DNA of 63,305 nucleotides, the filler included. It is 8 parts of 8 records of this genome, joined end to end, with 100 filler letters (N's around TTAATTAATTAA, not from the genome) between each part and the next. Parts side by side here need not be neighbours in the genome. Positions count along the whole stretch, not along the records: positions 56,018 to 63,305 come from SRR31156797_41355; 7 more parts are not named here. The stretch is one strand, 5' to 3'. The translations under genes were made by a program, and so were the position numbers. Shown here in pieces: positions 61,504 to 63,305 of this stretch (the first letter of the stretch is position 1; each line of letters begins with the position of its first letter). The notes beneath the pieces were generated by a model. That model did no database searches and had not been told where the DNA came from. It was given only the letters and a program-made list of their open reading frames with translations.

Positions 61504-62163
61504 ATGAAAAAGTCATTGAACCTCAGTATTGTTCTGGTGATTGGAATCATGGCAATCCTCGCCCCGGGGTGTGCAGAAAAAAAGATTCCATATTCAGGCT
61601 TTATTGACAACTATCCTTCCATGCAGCCGGGTCCGGAAAAGGGGGCGGATCTGGTCTATATCAAAGAGGGGGTCAATTTTGCATCTTACAACAAAATCAT
61701 GATGGATCATGTGGTTTTCTACCTGGATGAAAATTCTGACTACAAAGGGATTCAGACCGATGAACTCAACGAACTGGCCCAGATGTTTCATCAGGCATTT
61801 ATGGATGAGCTTGCCGGCTCCTACGAGATCGTCAAAAAGCCTGGCCCGGGGGTTCTCAGAATCAGAACGGCCTTGACCGATATTGTTCCCAGCAAGCCCG
61901 GTCTTTCCGGGGTGACGACCATCATCCCCGTAGGCCTTGCCGCCAGTTTGATAAAAAGCTCTGCCGGCGGTGGCCATACGGGTGTTGGACACGCCTCCGT
62001 GGAAGCTGAATTCCTCGATTCCATGACAAACGAACGGCTCGCCGTGGCAATCGATAAGAAATTCGGGGATAAGCTGGAAGGACTGACCCAATGGGGGGCG
62101 GTCAAAGGCGCATTTGAATTCTGGGCCAAACGGCTTCACGTATGGCTTGACAGCGTCAGATAA
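61504..62163 (+). CDS. DUF3313 family lipoprotein
   Basis: Lipobox PGC, YSGF..Y, PGPGVLRIR.A.T, E.E..DS.T.E.LA...D, WA..L. Confidence 0.82.
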   Translation: MKKSLNLSIVLVIGIMAILAPGCAEKKIPYSGFIDNYPSMQPGPEKGADLVYIKEGVNFASYNKIMMDHVVFYLDENSDYKGIQTDELNELAQMFHQAFMDELAGSYEIVKKPGPGVLRIRTALTDIVPSKPGLSGVTTIIPVGLAASLIKSSAGGGHTGVGHASVEAEFLDSMTNERLAVAIDKKFGDKLEGLTQWGAVKGAFEFWAKRLHVWLDSVR

Positions 62164-62197
62164 CTTTAACTTTTAACATATGAATTGAGTCCAACGG

Positions 62198-62860
62198 ATG
62201 AAAGTGTTGAATCGAGGCGAAAACAAATACGCGACCCTATATGCGGCGCTCGTACTGCTCATGTTGCTCGCACCCTTCATGGAAGGGGTTAAATCCCCCC
62301 TGGTTCCCCTTCTGTTTTTTGTGGTGGTTCTTTCTGTCATACGGCTGCTCAGCCTCAAAAAAACGGCGTTCCGGCTGTTCCTCGGGCTTGCAGTAACCGC
62401 ATTTTTATCTGATTTCATTGCGACACGGATCCTATTGCCCATCACCGGAGAGACTGCCATTATCCTTAAACTGATTTCAACCACCGCCTACCTGCTTTTC
62501 CTGGCCGGCGCAATCAAGTTTCTGCTGATCAGAATATTCCTGGAAGAAAATGTAACAACCGATACCATCAAAGGCGGCATTGCCGTCTACTTCATGATCG
62601 GGATCTTCTGGGCATTGGCCTATGGGGTTTTATTTATCTTCAACGCTCAATCCCTTACAATAGAGAAACCAATCACGTTTATCGATCTGCTTTACTTTTC
62701 CTTTACCACGTTGAGCACCCTCGGATATGGGGACATCGCCCCGACCACCGGCGTTGCAAGGAACCTTGCCGTGCTGGAAGCTGTCTGCGGGCAGTTATAT
62801 ATTGCCATCTTTGTTGCCCGCATCGTGGGATTACATTTAATGAAGAACCCGCGTTCTTGA
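62198..62860 (+). CDS. Potassium/ion channel family protein
   Basis: TM helices and pore motif YFSFTTLSTLGYGDI.P, E...GQLY.A..VARIVG. Confidence 0.85.
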   Translation: MKVLNRGENKYATLYAALVLLMLLAPFMEGVKSPLVPLLFFVVVLSVIRLLSLKKTAFRLFLGLAVTAFLSDFIATRILLPITGETAIILKLISTTAYLLFLAGAIKFLLIRIFLEENVTTDTIKGGIAVYFMIGIFWALAYGVLFIFNAQSLTIEKPITFIDLLYFSFTTLSTLGYGDIAPTTGVARNLAVLEAVCGQLYIAIFVARIVGLHLMKNPRS

Positions 62861-62968
62861 AAAACGCGCGTTTTTCTGGTACCCCTGTTAATACGGTTAA
62901 AAAAATGGGTTGCGTTGTTTAAATCCGCTGGAACGGTTATTGAACAATAGAACAATCATGGGGGAGAC

Positions 62969-63247
62969 ATGGAATCGATCCTGGCCGACTACCACAAAGA
63001 GACCAACGAAATCAGCATCCGGGAAGGAGCGAAACAAGAGAACTGGGTTGAGGTGTGCACCCGGTTCAACGATGACGTTGAACGCATCTGTGACGTAACA
63101 GCCATAGAGAACTACACCGGCCTCTACGAATGCTTTGACGAGGATAATAAGGGTTTTTTCTATCTGGTGAACGAGGACAAGCGCTTATTCAAACTCCGGA
63201 GAAAACACTTTCTCAGCAACATCGGGAAAGGCGAAAACAGCGAATAA
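62969..63247 (+). CDS. Hypothetical protein
   Basis: GGGGAG RBS; 92-aa acidic globular ORF. Confidence 0.6.
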   Translation: MESILADYHKETNEISIREGAKQENWVEVCTRFNDDVERICDVTAIENYTGLYECFDEDNKGFFYLVNEDKRLFKLRRKHFLSNIGKGENSE

Positions 63248-63305
63248 CATTCCGGGGTCTGCGTGGCGGGCGCCACGCAGACCGCCGGTTGTTTTAATTG
63301 ATATC

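Noticed and set aside
1-63305. CRISPR array, cas genes, reverse transcriptase/retron, rRNA
   Set aside because: No regularly spaced repeat-spacer array and no Cas, RT or rRNA signature was recognised by eye.

Overview
The window is not one genome segment. It is eight unrelated contigs joined by artificial 100-nt spacers (44 N + TTAATTAATTAA + 44 N). Taxonomic labels below are inferred from protein style only. (1) 1-7184: AT-rich sorbitol PTS cluster (srlD, a double solute-binding-protein fusion, gutM, srlA, srlE, gutQ, pgi). (2) 7285-13522: AT-rich Fusobacteriota-like housekeeping/LPS genes. (3) 13623-19563: spirochaete-like htpG, ltaE, kinase, MCP, nfo. (4) 19664-26281: Methanosarcinales-like alaS plus a GvpD/KaiC-like ATPase and response regulators. 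(5) 26382-35324: deltaproteobacterial-like accessory genes. (6) 35425-44615: an apparently complete ~9.2 kb integrative element bounded at both ends by fragments of tRNA-Ser(UGA). (7) 44716-55917: alphaproteobacterial gatCAB, ruvX, pyrBC, plsY, purCS, with an AT-rich SocA/Panacea-type toxin-antitoxin insertion. (8) 56018-63305: deltaproteobacterial-like RND/TolC region with a broken patatin gene. Contig 6 is the most interesting part. It is a satellite-like element with no recognisable capsid, portal or terminase. It carries three recombinases, a phage-type replication module with iterons, an expanded protein whose ends resemble a small podovirus virion protein, and a stand-alone ~190-nt structured transcript with its own promoter and terminator. 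All family assignments are by motif recognition; no searches were run.
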